Made by a program: the position numbers and the translations under genes
In this document: one piece after another, positions 38,622-51,136 of the stretch
How positions within the stretch are numbered: the first letter of the stretch is position 1
How the letters are laid out: each line of letters begins with the position of its first letter
Origin: Octopus vulgaris
Taxonomy: Eukaryota
Reading direction: 5' to 3'
DNA length: 64,000 bases
Assembly: GCA_951406725.2 (NCBI GenBank)
Contig: OX597829.1
Coordinates: 45,632,001-45,696,000 of the forward strand
The notes under the pieces: generated by a model
The model's database searches: none
What the model was told of the DNA's origin: nothing
The model's input: the letters and a program-made list of their open reading frames with translations, nothing else

Positions 38622-39629
38622 ATATGTATTATGTGTATATGTAATGTGCGTGAATATATATACATATGTGTGTGTGTGTGTGTGTATGTATTATGTGTAT
38701 ATGTAATATGCGTGAATATATATACATATGTGTGTGTGTGTGTGTATATGTATTATGTGTATATGTAATATGCGTGAATATATATACATATGTGTGTGTG
38801 TGTGTCTATGTATATGCACACACACACACACACACACATGTATGTATGGCAAAATGAAAAGCCGAATATGACGGTACAATTGTTATTGAATTGCTATGCT
38901 GCATCACAAAGAACTGGATGATTGCCAAGAAATAAAATCAAAAACAAAATATATATATAAAAAAAAAGTGTCCATCTGTAATGTTTTCTAAACCTTCACC
39001 ATTATCATTCTCATTAGAGAAGCTGGGTTACTTTTACAATGCTGTTATCAATCCATTGTTCACCTGATTGAGGTGGGAGAAGGTAATAAGGTAAGCAGGT
39101 GGGGAGAGGGGTTAACGGAGGTAGAAATCTCATTTTAATTGGGGAATGGATTTTTAAATTAGTTTTTTTTTATTTTTGTTTGTTTGTTTGTTTGTTTGTT
39201 GTTGTTGGTATTCTTGCCATTATTGTTCATGTTGTTTGTAATTACCTTTTCGTGCCTCTACCGGATTGGTTACATCTCTGTACAAACATACATCACTGGG
39301 CTGTTACCTTGGAAACTGTTTTTTTTTACCGTGTTTTAATTTCTGCTGTTGTCTTTTTCCTTCCTTCACCTCAGCCATCATCACAGTTACTACAACAACA
39401 ATAACAACAGCAGTAATGGTAGCAATAATATTCATACACATGCACGTGCTTGCAGATTCAACATATTCCACTGTTCTTCTCTCACCTGCAGTGATTGACC
39501 AATCTCTCTGTACCACTCCCTTGTCTTCTTCAACATTTCATTATCTACATATAGCTTTTCCGGTTAATGAGAGGAGCTAGAAGCTATGGGGTGGGGAGGA
39601 GAAGAGGCAACCAATGTTATGGCCACTGG

Positions 39630-39915
39630 CACCATCACATCACCATCTCATCACCACCGTCTCATTACCACCATCTCATCACCATCGTTTCATCACCACC
39701 ATCGTCTCATCACCACAATCTCATCCCCACTGTCTCATCACCACAATCTCATCCCCACTGTCTCATCCCCACTGTCTCATCTTCACCGTCTCATCCTCAC
39801 TGTCTCATCTTCACTGTCTCATTCCCACCGTCTCATCCCCACTGTCTCATCATGACTGTCTTATCCCCAGTCTCATCACGACCATCTCATCACGACCGTC
39901 TTATCACCACCGTCA
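39630..39915. repeat. 14-15 bp minisatellite (CCCCACTGTCTCAT-like) followed by degenerate (CAT)n
   Basis: Direct reading. Confidence 0.85.
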
Positions 39916-42333
39916 TCATCATTAACAAAGGCCATCTTAATTATCTATCCTTCAGATGATGTAATCATCATCAACTGTATCCTCACCATCATCATCATCA
40001 CCACCACCATCACTAAAAACAGCTTCATCACCATCATGGTCATGATAATGATGATGTCATCGTCAGCGTTGTTGTCATCATCAACATTGTCATGATGATA
40101 TTACCTTTGTCATGATCATTGTTATCATCATCAATCTTGTCATTGTCATCACCACTATCATCATCATCATTGTCAACGTCATTGTCTAATTATTATTGCC
40201 ATTATCATCATCATCATCATCATATCTACCACTGCCACTGCTGTCATCACCATCATGATCACTATAATTATCATCATAGGTGTGCAGATATACCTGTGGG
40301 GTAAGAAGCTTGCTTCCTAACCACATTGTTCTAGGTTCAGTCCCTCTGCGTGGCACCTTGGGCGAGTGTCTTCTCCAATACTCTTGGGTTGACTGAAGAC
40401 TTGTGAGGGGATTTGGTAAATGGAAACTGAAAGAAGACTGTTTTTTGTGTGGGTGTTTGATGTGTTTGTGTTTGTCCCCCACCACTTCTTGACAACCAGT
40501 GTTGGTGTGTTTACACCCCTGTAACTTAGTGGTTCGGCAAAAGAGACCAACAGATTAAGTACCAGGCTTGAAAAAGAAAAGAAATAAAATGTGCTGGTGT
40601 TGATTCCTTCGACTAAAATTTCTTCAAGCTGGTACTCCAGCATGGTCACTGTCTAATGACTGAACCAAGTAAACCGTAAAAAATAAAAGATCACCATTAT
40701 CTTTGTCAGCTTCAGTATCACCATCAAGACTATTGTCGGCATTATTGCATTCACTGTTGTGACCCTCATCACTGTTATCTTTGTCAGTGCCACAGATATC
40801 GTCAACATAAAGTGAATACCTCCATGACCGATATCCAAACTACAGTGGAAAAGGCTAGCCACTGCATTTGGTTTAAAACAGACGATGAGCAATGGCCTGA
40901 AGAATATTGAGCTTTATTTGATAACCAGTTGATCTAGCAAGTGGGGCTACATATCAGTGACGCAGGGCTGGTGCGCATTGATGCTGTTGAGAGGTAGGCC
41001 CTGAAATGGCGCGCATTCTCTCCTGATGATCCCATGCACTTGCTGGCTTACGGTATGCGGAGTCCTTGACTGGTAGCACTTGCATGTGCAAGTTGTTTGC
41101 AAAACAACATGGATGAAGTAGAATTACACTTTGGTGGGGTGGGGGTGAAAAACAAAAACAGCATCATGAAACTGGAATGTTTTTGATTTTAAGATTGTTT
41201 GATCATCTGTGACCTGGGGAAATACAGCAACATGATGCTTTCAGGCATGTCATATGTTAAGTTCATCCATGTATGACATTTAAATTTTCTGTCGAAAACT
41301 TGTATTCAATATAAGTTTTCTTGAAATCAATGAATGAGCCTCAATGACCAGCTAGCAATAGCAACCAAATCACCCTAAAAACACATTCTACTTACTTACA
41401 GAGCCAGTGATGGAATCACTATATAGTAAACTAGACCTGCTAGAAATAGTAGCCAAATTGCTTCAGATCACACTGTTGACTTACAAAATATATGTACATG
41501 TAAGCCTGTGATATAATCTGCTGAAAACTTTAGTTGCCTACTTTTAAATTTGTATTCAATATAAATTTTCTTGAAATCAAAGCATGAGCCTCAATGTGGT
41601 CTTGACCAACTAGAAATAGCAACCAAATCACCCTCAAATCACACTCAACTGATTTACTAATGTATGTATGTGTGAGCCAGTAAGGGAATTGCTACATAGT
41701 AAGCTAGATCTGCTAGAAATAGTAGCCGAATTGCCTTCAAATCACGCCTTACTGTCTTGACATTTCGTTTGAGTCACACCCTACTTTGTGAAATGAAATA
41801 AAAATAGCAAATTAAATAATGTAATCCGTGATATATAAAAAGATGGGATGGTCACTATTGGAATGTCTTCAATCATAGGTGTACGTATTTGGCGCCATAC
41901 AACAACTATTTTTTATATCCTTGTTAAAGGATATAAATTCAAAAAAAATCTTTTCCTCCTGTCTGCTTCATTTCTTTCTTTCTTTTATTCCTTTTTCTTA
42001 TATTTTTTCCTTCTTTCCTTTTCTCTTTACAGTCTGACCTTTTACTTTTGTGACTAAGTTTTTCTTACTTTTTTAGTCTTGTCTTATCTTTCCCCACCTC
42101 TTCTTCCGTCTTTCTTTATCTTTTTACTTTGCTTTCATAATACAACACACACTTGAATACTCATTAATTGGACACCAGCTAAAGAAATAAAAGGCGGTGC
42201 TCCAGCATGGCCACAGTCAAACTGACTGAAACTAGTAAAAAGAATAAAAGGTGCAGGCATGTTTATGTGATTTAGGTAGGTGTTAGTACCTAGTGAATGA
42301 ATTTGGTAGACGGAAACAGTTCAGAACTCCTAA

Positions 42334-42380
<47 letters not shown>

Positions 42381-42406
42381 TGCACATGTTGAACTGTTAA
42401 TCCCTA

Positions 42407-42660
42407 CAGTTCTATATTTAAGAAATGAGGAATTATGTACATTATTTACATTGTTTACATTATTTACATTTGACGGATATTTGTCCTCATCTTGTTTGTT
42501 GTTAACACAATGTTTCGGCTGATATACCCTGCAGCCTTCATTAGGTGTCTTGGGCATATGGCATAGTGGTTAAGAGCGCAGGTTACTAACCCCAAGATTG
42601 CAAATTCGATTCCAGGCAGTGACCTGAAAAAAAATAAATAATAATAATGATAACATTGAA
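42407..42660. mobile_element. family E element: inverted tail (hammerhead-like, 42503-42549, -) joined to tRNA-like head (+)
   Basis: Reverse strand GACAC-CTAATGA-AGGCTG..CAGCC-GAAA-CATT-GTGTT; head GGCATATGGCATAGTGGTTAAGAGCG. Confidence 0.8.
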
Positions 42661-42685
42661 GGATGTCAAACTGTGATGGAAGACG

Positions 42686-42725
<40 letters not shown>

Positions 42726-43862
42726 TACACAGTGAGCTTTTTTCAATTACTGTCTACCATATCCACTTACAAAGCTTTTGTTGAACTGGAGCTATTGCAT
42801 ATTTGCCTAAAGTGCCACACAGTGGGACTGAACCTGAAACCATGTGGTTTGGAATCCAACTTCTTACCACCCAGTCATGCCTGTTGAAGCTCTGTTGTCT
42901 CTTCAGTGTCGAGAACAACAAAAGCAAAAACAACTATTATCAATTTCCGTTGGGTTTGTGTATAACAATGCACATTGTGCATGCACTGATTTTGGTTTCA
43001 CACTTAGCCATACACTGTATGCATCACGTATTAAAAGAAGCAGTCTTTTTGGAATGAAATATAAGGGAATTGATAAATATTTGAAAAGCAACTAATTAAT
43101 TTAAACGAACCTGAAGAAAAATGTTGCCTGTAGGGTGGGGAAATTACGGGATCAGTTGGAGGCTTTTGCAAAAGACCTTGTGGTACTTAGTTACTCCCCT
43201 TTATATTTTGAGTTCAAATCCCGCCTTCATCAATTTTGCCTTTCATCTTTCTGAAGTCAATAAAAATAACCAACTACAGTCAAGTACTGGGGTCGATTTA
43301 ATCAATTGTAATTCTTGATGGTGATGCTCCAGTATGGCCACAGTCCAATAAATGAAACTGGCTACAGAATAAAAGAATGGCAACAAACAAAAAGAAACCA
43401 CCCAAAACACAAAAAAAACAAAAAACAAGAAACACCTGTTTCATCTCTTGGGATTCATAATAGAAAACGCACCCCATCCCTCAACCGCTCCTAAAGTGAA
43501 ATATTTCTGAAGGTGATGGCCAGAGTTATACAACACTTTAGTGATAGCTTAAATAATGCTTCGTTTATGAAAGGCTATTATTTATTTAATATATTTTATT
43601 GATTGGGACAAGTTCTTGGCAGTCTGAATTGGCTGTCCAGTTTTAATTGTTCATTTGATGAAGATTTGTCATATTACTCTGTTAAGACCACCAGGAATGG
43701 CATGAATAAATAACGGCCAGTCCGTTCCCAGTTTTCTACTTCAGTTTTAGTTATTATTTTATTTATAAATAAGCTGTACAATTCATTAGCCTGTGTAAAA
43801 GACCATCATTTATATTCATCTTACTTGGAATTCTTTTCCCCTTTTTTTTTTATTCCTATTAG

Positions 43863-43883
43863 ATGTGTACCTTCTCTTGGGAG
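43863..43883 (+). CDS. possible 21-nt microexon (xVYLLLG, phase 1/1)
   Basis: Long pyrimidine tract then TATTAG; donor GAG|GTATTT; phase compatible with exon 50119. Confidence 0.25.
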
Positions 43884-44460
43884 GTATTTGTCTTTCATAC
43901 ATTCAATGCTCACTTCAACATTTGGCAATAGTGTTAAACAGTTTAATTATGGATCTTTATTTTAAACCCTTTTGTAATCATGTTTCTATTGAAATACATT
44001 CTTTGTTTTGGAAAGCATTTTGTAAACAAGGAAGAATTTAGTGAAATAACTTTGCTGGTTATTAAACTAGTGTTTAGAACTACAAATTAACCTGAAATTA
44101 AGGTTTTAGTTTAGATAACTTTAACCCATTGCTACCATATTTCCATTGAAATATATTCCTTTTATTTGAATTACTTCTTAAAATGAAATTAAGCCAGTGT
44201 TTGGAGCATAAATTATAATTTTCATTCAGTTTACTTTAACCCTTTTGTTACCATATCTCTGATGAAATATACTCCTTTTATTTGAACATACTCCTTTTGT
44301 TTGAATTACTTTTGAAAATAGTGAAATATTTAGTAAAATAACTTTGACATTATTAACCCAGTGTTTGGAACATAGATTAACATGAAATTTTGGTATAAGG
44401 TTTTTATTTAGATAACTTTAGAACATAAAGTTTATATCAAAGAAGCAAAGGAGTCTCAGG

Positions 44461-44832
44461 TTTCTTTATTATGATCATAAGATCTAATATAGAAGGACAG
44501 TACAGGACAATACAAAACATTAATAAAGAAATACTCAGCAAGTTTTTTGCAGTTCGTTTTTTTTTTTTTTACACAAAAATATATCAAGTTAAAAATAGAT
44601 GATTTATATGATTTAAAAATCTAGAGTCCCTTACATTTTTTCCTTGTTGGTCTACTATCCAACGGCTACATCCTTTTTTTTTTCCCTCATGGTAGATTAA
44701 GTAGGGACACTCATTCCCAACTTTCTTACCACATCCTTCCATCTTTTCTCATATACTTTTAGACAGCTGTGTCCTCTCCGGCCTTATCTTGCTTTTCAGG
44801 TGATACCTGAAGTAGTAAAGCATTCCAGGGCC
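44461..44832 (-). mobile_element. 5'-truncated L1/Tx1-like LINE 3' end inserted in a decayed TTAA-MITE cluster (43967-44870)
   Basis: Reverse strand LYYFRYHLKSKIRPERTQLSKSI/EKRWKDVVRKLG (frameshifted); ends AATAAAGAAA; TSD CAAAG(G)nAGTCTCAGG. Confidence 0.65.
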
Positions 44833-45099
44833 AAAGGGGGGAGTCTCAGGCTGGTTTGTATCAAAAGGGGAAACAATCCACTGACTAATCTGGAATCATT
44901 TCTGTTCATTTATATTGACCAGAAAATTATTAATATCACAACGCCCCTTCCTTAAATGATGTTAATCTATGAGAGCAAAAATAAACATTCCTATTCCGTG
45001 TCACTTATAGTCAGATATAAAATTAATTTTTCCTTGCTAGCAGGAAGTGCAGTGAGATGATATAGTTTAAAACCATCTTCTCTGCCCAGAGTTCTTGAG

Positions 45100-45530
45100 A
45101 GGGTGATGGGAGCAGAGTTGTCAGTCACCTCTATAGGTCCTGTGAAAAGCAACCATTGTTGGACTTTCTGGTTGAATTCCTAAGCATGAGCAACATCGGC
45201 TTTGGCTGTTATCCAACCATCTCATTCTTGGTTGACCCCTAGGTCTCCTGGTTGTCTTGACATGAAGAATCAGTCTTGTGATTCTTTCTTGTGACATTTT
45301 AAAAGAGTTTTTGAAGTTCCTGAGCTGTGACCCCTCAATGTGAAGAAGTAGTGACATGACCTGGAGAGACTCCTTGACCTCCAAAATGTGTATCCTGTTG
45401 AGTAATGTCATTCCAGAGATTCTTTGGAGGAATCCTTTTAGTGATGCTTATAATTGCAATTTTACTCCTTTGATTATTACGCAACATCCATGACCATCGC
45501 TGAGTAAAGGTTCGGATACTGTACTGAAGA
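45100..45530 (-). mobile_element. decayed RTE-clade LINE RT C-terminus
   Basis: LLLHIEGSQLR...RRPRGQPRMRWLDN. Confidence 0.8.
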
Positions 45531-45857
45531 TCTCAAGTGTATATGAAATTTCAATAAATAGCCATGCCACATAACTTGGCATTTCAGTTTTAGAAATAAA
45601 ATACCTTATTTATATGCAATGAATAGGGATTTTAATGATTCAAACACTACCAGAGGCTAAAAACTCACATCAAAAATTGAAGAAAGTAAAGAAAATTAAT
45701 CGTTTTGATAACAACCAGTATAGTTCTGTGATAAAAGCTTTTTTTTGTTTTTGTTATTTTTGATTTTGTTTGTATCTACATCAAAACCTTCAACAACAAC
45801 AACAACAACGAAGAAGTACATGAGGGACTGCCTGTATTCAATACTCTTTCTCTTTTC

Positions 45858-46208
45858 TCTCTCTTTTACTTGTTTCAGTCATTTGACTGCAGCCATGCTG
45901 GAGCACCGCCTTTTAGCGGAGCAAATCGACCCCGGGACTTATTCTTTATAAGCCCAGTACTTATTCTATCGGTCTCTTTTGCCGAACCGCTAAGTGACGG
46001 GGACGTAAACACACCAACATCGGTTGTCAAGTAATGCTAGGGGGACAAACACAGACACACAAACACACACACACATACATATATACATATATATATATAT
46101 ACACATATACGACAGGTTTCTTTCAGTTTCCAGTTTCCGTCTACCAAATCCACTCGCAAGGCATTGGTTGGCCCGGGGCTATAGCAGAAGACACTTGCCC
46201 AAGATGCC
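45858..46208 (-). mobile_element. SINE family A, 5'-truncated
   Basis: Reverse match to family A. Confidence 0.85.
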
Positions 46209-46933
46209 AATATGTTCTTTCTTTTGTAAAGCAATGCAATATGGTATTTGAGGAGAATTCGGTGGCTACTTCTTGTAGTTCAGTCAACCACAGAGAAGCT
46301 CCTTCACTGATAAGAAACCAGCCTTGTTGTTGTTGTTGTTGTCATTTGTTTTTTTTTTACCTCCATATTCGGCAGACATTATTAAAGATGTTCCAGCTGT
46401 AACATTCCTTATTTTACTTTCTATATCAAGGACACTGCTACACTGTCCAGTCTATCTGTCTGTATTTAACGTGGCAGAATGTGGCTTGCATTTGTTTTAG
46501 CTGCTATTTCTAATTAGTCAAGCCTCCATAGAAGCTCCTTTGACAAATCAATATCAATATTATATTAATAGATGAAAGTTCAAGTGGATGGATAAAGAGA
46601 CACTTGAGTAGAAGTGAAGTTGCTCTTCACTTTGATTAGAATTAGCTTAGTGAAGAGATTAGATTAAGAAACATGCCACCTGTATTAGAATGTTAGTTTT
46701 GGGGGATTTCATGGTGGATTGTTATTGTTGGGTGAGAAAAAAAGACAGAAAAGGAATTGGTTTATAAATATACTTGCCTAGCATCTTCATATTTGGGTAA
46801 TGAAGCATTTTCACTAACCTCCTCTGTGTGATGCAGCGACTATTGTAATATAATTTTTCAAGAGCATGAATACAGAATGTGGTTCTGTGATTAAGAATCT
46901 TTATTTGCAACACCAAACGGTCAAGAAAGCTTC

Positions 46934-47356
46934 TTATTTCTTTATTGCCCACAAGGGGCTAAACATAGAGGAGACAAACAAGGACAGACAAAGAGATTAA
47001 GTCGATTAGATCAACCCCAGTTCGCAACTGGTACTTAATTTATCGACCTCCGAAAGGATGAAAGGTAAAGTCAGCAGCAGAAGAAATACCTATTTCTTTA
47101 CTACCCACAAGGGGCTAAACACAGAGGAGACACACAAGGACAGACAGACGGATTAAGTCGATTATATCGACCACAGTGCATAACTGGTACTTAATTTATC
47201 GACCACAGTGCGTAACTGGTACTTAATTTATCGACCCCCGAAAGGATGAAAGGCAAAGTCGACCTCTGCAGAATTTGAACTCAGAACGTAACGACAGACG
47301 AAATACTGCTAAGCATTTTGTCCGGCGTGCTAACGTTTCCGCCAGCTCGCCGCTTT
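46934..47356 (-). mobile_element. SINE family B with internal duplications
   Basis: TSD ACGGTCAAGAAAGnTTC; tail segment repeated. Confidence 0.85.
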
Positions 47357-47739
47357 ACGGTCAAGAAAGATTCAGCCATAACCTTGGGTTGAACAATACC
47401 CTGTGAATAGAATCTTGTTGAAGCCTGTCATGTGTGTGTGTATGTGTGACTTTCTTATTTGGTACTCAACCTTTTTAATACCAACCTGCCTCAGTCTGCC
47501 TGGTGTTCAATGTTTCGACCGTCTTATTTTTAAGTGATCAAATTTAAAATCTTCCATCAGAGTTTATGTAAGTGTAAGTTCCAAACACCTGCTAAAGGAT
47601 AACAAAGATCGTGCATATTAGTAAGGAGCCAGCTGTTGTTATGGATGTAAAGAGCAAAATATGTATGAAAACATAACAGAAAGTAAACAATATCAATGAT
47701 ATTTCAAATATTCATTTCTTACATATACAGAGAATGTAT

Positions 47740-48222
47740 GCTGTCTGGTTGTCCAATTCTATCGGTCTACAAACAGATCTTTTCTGTAATAGTATTGTTC
47801 TACCAATTGTTCTCTATGCTAGCAAGATATGGAAGAGCTCTGTGAAAATAGAAAGAAAGCATGATGTGTTCCACCAAAGATGTTTGAGAAGGATACTGGC
47901 AAGACCACATAACCATTGAAGATATTCTAAAGAGAACTAACAGAAGGCCACTCAGTAAAGATTATCGCAGAACAATGACTAAATTTAGCAGGTCAAATAT
48001 TTTGGTTACTAGAACAATGTCATCCTAAAACAGCCTCCAAATGGTCACCGCTGGAAAGGGAAAAGGCGACACGAAAGACTAAGAACTATGTGGTTAGGAA
48101 CACTCATAACTGACTTGAAAAAGACCACCTTTACATAGGCAGTTGCAGAGAAAACCACAACCAACAGAAACCAATGGCATCAACTTGTTGCCCAATATAC
48201 CCGAGAACACAAGAGGAAGTGA
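47740..48222 (+). mobile_element. decayed RTE-clade LINE RT C-terminus
   Basis: SIVLPIVLYASKIW...DVFHQRCLRRIL, continuing through stops and frameshifts to ...NRNQWHQLVAQ. Confidence 0.8.
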
Positions 48223-49518
48223 TACTGAATGTAACACGCACACTCACATTCACTCACTCACTAGTGATATATGTGGGATATAGAAGTGTGATAGAAAGAT
48301 AGAAGCAGGTTTCTTGTTGAAGGTAATTAAAAGGCTTCCTCATCTGGAAAGAGAAAGAGATGTCGAAGTACAAGGGAAATATGAGAGAGAGAGCGAGAGA
48401 GGAGGGACAGAGGAATAGAAAAAGTGGATGGGAGGGTAAGTACACTACAGAGAAAAGAGTGTGACAAATGATCAGTGACAGAGGTGGTTGTATGCAGAGA
48501 TTATCGATTTTGGATCTGAGTCATTGAGTCTCAAGTAGAGTCCATCTGACCCTTAGGGATCCAGCTAAGATTTTATTGTTAAAATTTATCGACAATAAAT
48601 TGGTTATACCTTCTACCATGCACAAAATATTTGAATTTTTTTAGCCAGTTTTTAACAATATTTAATGGTAAAAATATAATTAGATGATTTTTTTTTTTTT
48701 GAAACATTGAGTGGTTATGGAAGTTCACCTGAGTAAAATAGGGATCAAAAGGGCCTCTAGATAAAAGATGGTGGAGAACCTCTGATCTAAGAAATCATTA
48801 TTATAGTCTTTTTCATATCATTATGTTGTATCATTTTTGCATTTCTTTAAACTCAAAATTGGCAATTGCTACAACTTCATCTTCTAAATATGGCAATTCC
48901 CTGGGAATATTGCTATATTTTTTTCATATTTCATTTCCTTTTTCTCCATTTTTCTTTAAAAAAATCTGTTATCTTTTAAAAGCCAAAAAAATTGTTTTTA
49001 CTTTTATTACTTGATATGAATGTTGTTTCATAATTTAGACATTTTATCTGATAGAAATTATGAAGGTGGAAAAAAAAAATAATTGTAATAAGTAAAAATC
49101 AAGAACATTCTCTAAAACAGGTGTGATGAATGATAAGTTTAAATAGATTCAGAGTGGCTACTTCATGGTTTCTCTCTACTTGAAAATTTTATGGAAGAAG
49201 AAAAAGAAAATTGTTTTTTGGTATCTACATATTTGATTGTGGTTAAGAATTTTTATTTGTGACTGTGTAGGTTTGGGTTCAATCTAATTGCATGGCACCC
49301 TGTTCATGTTTCTTGACTTCTAATTATAACCTTAAGGTGGTTGATGCTATTGAAGTAAAATTTACTGAAGCTATTGTATGTGTGTTTGTGTATGAGTTTA
49401 TATATGTGTGTATATGTATGACCGGGGCGTCATTGCCGAGTTGGATGCCTCGGAGATATATACGAACTTGTATATTTGAATGTATTTATGCATGTATATG
49501 TACGTGTGCGTGTGTGTG

Positions 49519-49559
<41 letters not shown>

Positions 49560-49672
49560 TTAAATATAAGGATAAAAATCTAAGAATTTATTAAGTAGTC
49601 AGCATGTAAAACCAGTGATGGGAAAAATTTATACAAAATATATAATTAATTTATTCCCTTTTAAATACATTT

Positions 49673-49952
49673 ATTATATCAAGGGCATTACTACACATAA
49701 ATGCTTCACACTATAAGGGTCTCTTAGAGTCAAAATTACCTTAATAAATATACAGTGTACTGACAGTGAGGGAATGCAACCTGAAAGTCATTTCTTCAAA
49801 ACAGATTCAGCCGCAAATCATATGATTTCATAGCTAGGGTACATAATCCACTTTCTAATTGCTGTTGGTACACTGTATATTTATTAAGATTTTGACTTTA
49901 AGAGTCCCTTATAGCATGAGACATTTACATGTAGTAATGACCTTAATATAAT
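49673..49952. repeat. inverted-repeat element, arms about 92 bp (49673-49766 / 49862-49952), between (TA)n tracts
   Basis: CTTAATAAATATACAGTGTAC / GTACACTGTATATTTATTAAG and flanking diverged matches. Confidence 0.85.
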
Positions 49953-50118
49953 TAATATATATATATGGTAAGTAGTTTGATTGCCAACTATGTGGTTTCA
50001 GGTTCAATCACATATACAAACAGGTACACCTGCACTTATATTTTATTATGCAATGTCTTATTCCAAATTCTCTTCTTAGTCTGGCATTTTCTGATGTTTT
50101 TTAAAATTTTCATTCCAG

Positions 50119-50262
50119 ATATTGTGATGACTGCCAGTCGTCATGAAGACTGTTCAATGATCCGACTTGAGAGGAAATGTCAGAGTGAGATAGACAACAG
50201 CCAAATACATTTCATTGGCGGTGGACCATATAAAGGGATTCTGGTCAACAAAATGGCACCCA
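50119..50262 (+). CDS. internal coding exon (144 nt, phase 1/1): xIVMTASRHEDCSMIRLERKCQSEIDNSQIHFIGGGPYKGILVNKMAP; protein not recognised
   Basis: TTTTCATTCCAG acceptor, CCA|GTAAGTA donor, open frame with protein-like composition. Confidence 0.85.
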
Positions 50263-50551
50263 GTAAGTATCGATGCCTTTGGCTTCTTTATTGCGTTGTT
50301 TTTGTCGCTGTCATTGTCATCATCGCTGCTGCTAACACCATTGCGTAAACTTTAAGCCAAGCTTTGTTGAGCAAAACCCGGCTCTGATTCTCTCTTGGTT
50401 TTGTTTGATATATTCAGGACCGTGTGGCATTTTGCTTATGTGAGACTGTGAGACATAAACAAATGCATCTGCTGCCCAAATGGTGTGAATGTGAAGGGAA
50501 CCATGGAAGCAAACAAACACACATCTATGTGTATATATGTGTATATATGAT

Positions 50552-50733
50552 ACAGTTCTATATTTAAGAGATGAGGAATTATGTACGTTATTTACATTAT
50601 TTACATTTGATGGATACTTGTCCTCATCTTGTTTGTTGTTAACACAATGTTTTGGCTGATATACCCTCCGGCCTTCATCAGGTGTCTTGGGGAAATTTTG
50701 AACCTGGGTTCTCATTCCTAAGGTATTCTTCGA

Positions 50734-50770
<37 letters not shown>

Positions 50771-51085
50771 GTTCAGGCCATTGCTTGGAATCCAACTCGG
50801 AATGCCCATGGGCATATGGCGTAGTGGTTAAGAGCACAGGCTACTAACCCCAAGGTTCCGAGTTCGATTCCAAGCAGTGACCTGAACAATAATAATAATA
50901 ATAATAGTAATAATAATAATTATAATAATAATAATAACATTGAAGAATACCTTAGGTATGAGAACCCAGGTTCGAAATTTCCCCAAGACACCTGAAGAAG
51001 GCTGGGAGTATATCAGCTGAAATGTTCTGTTAACAACAAACAAGATGAAGACAAATATCCCTCAAATGTAAAAAAATGTAAATGT
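50552..51085. mobile_element. family E complete head-to-head palindrome: tRNA-like head plus hammerhead-like tail on each arm
   Basis: Centre ATGCCCATGGGCAT; head 50811-50882 with A/B boxes; motifs at 50641-50686 (-) and 50987-51031 (+). Confidence 0.85.
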
Positions 51086-51136
51086 ATATATGATGTTTGT
51101 GCATGTGCCAGATAAAAGCACCCTGTCTGCTCTAAA

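Noticed and set aside
39567-39959. His/Pro/Ser-rich ORFs
   Set aside because: A 14-15 bp minisatellite that is open in several frames, with no splice support.
48260-48342. - strand exon MRKPFNYLQQETCF...
   Set aside because: The acceptor tract is low-complexity (GA)n-like sequence and the composition looks non-coding.
50811-50882. tRNA gene
   Set aside because: It has A/B boxes and an anticodon-like arm but no paired acceptor stem, and it continues into a repeat tail, so it is a SINE head. The same applies to families A, D and G.
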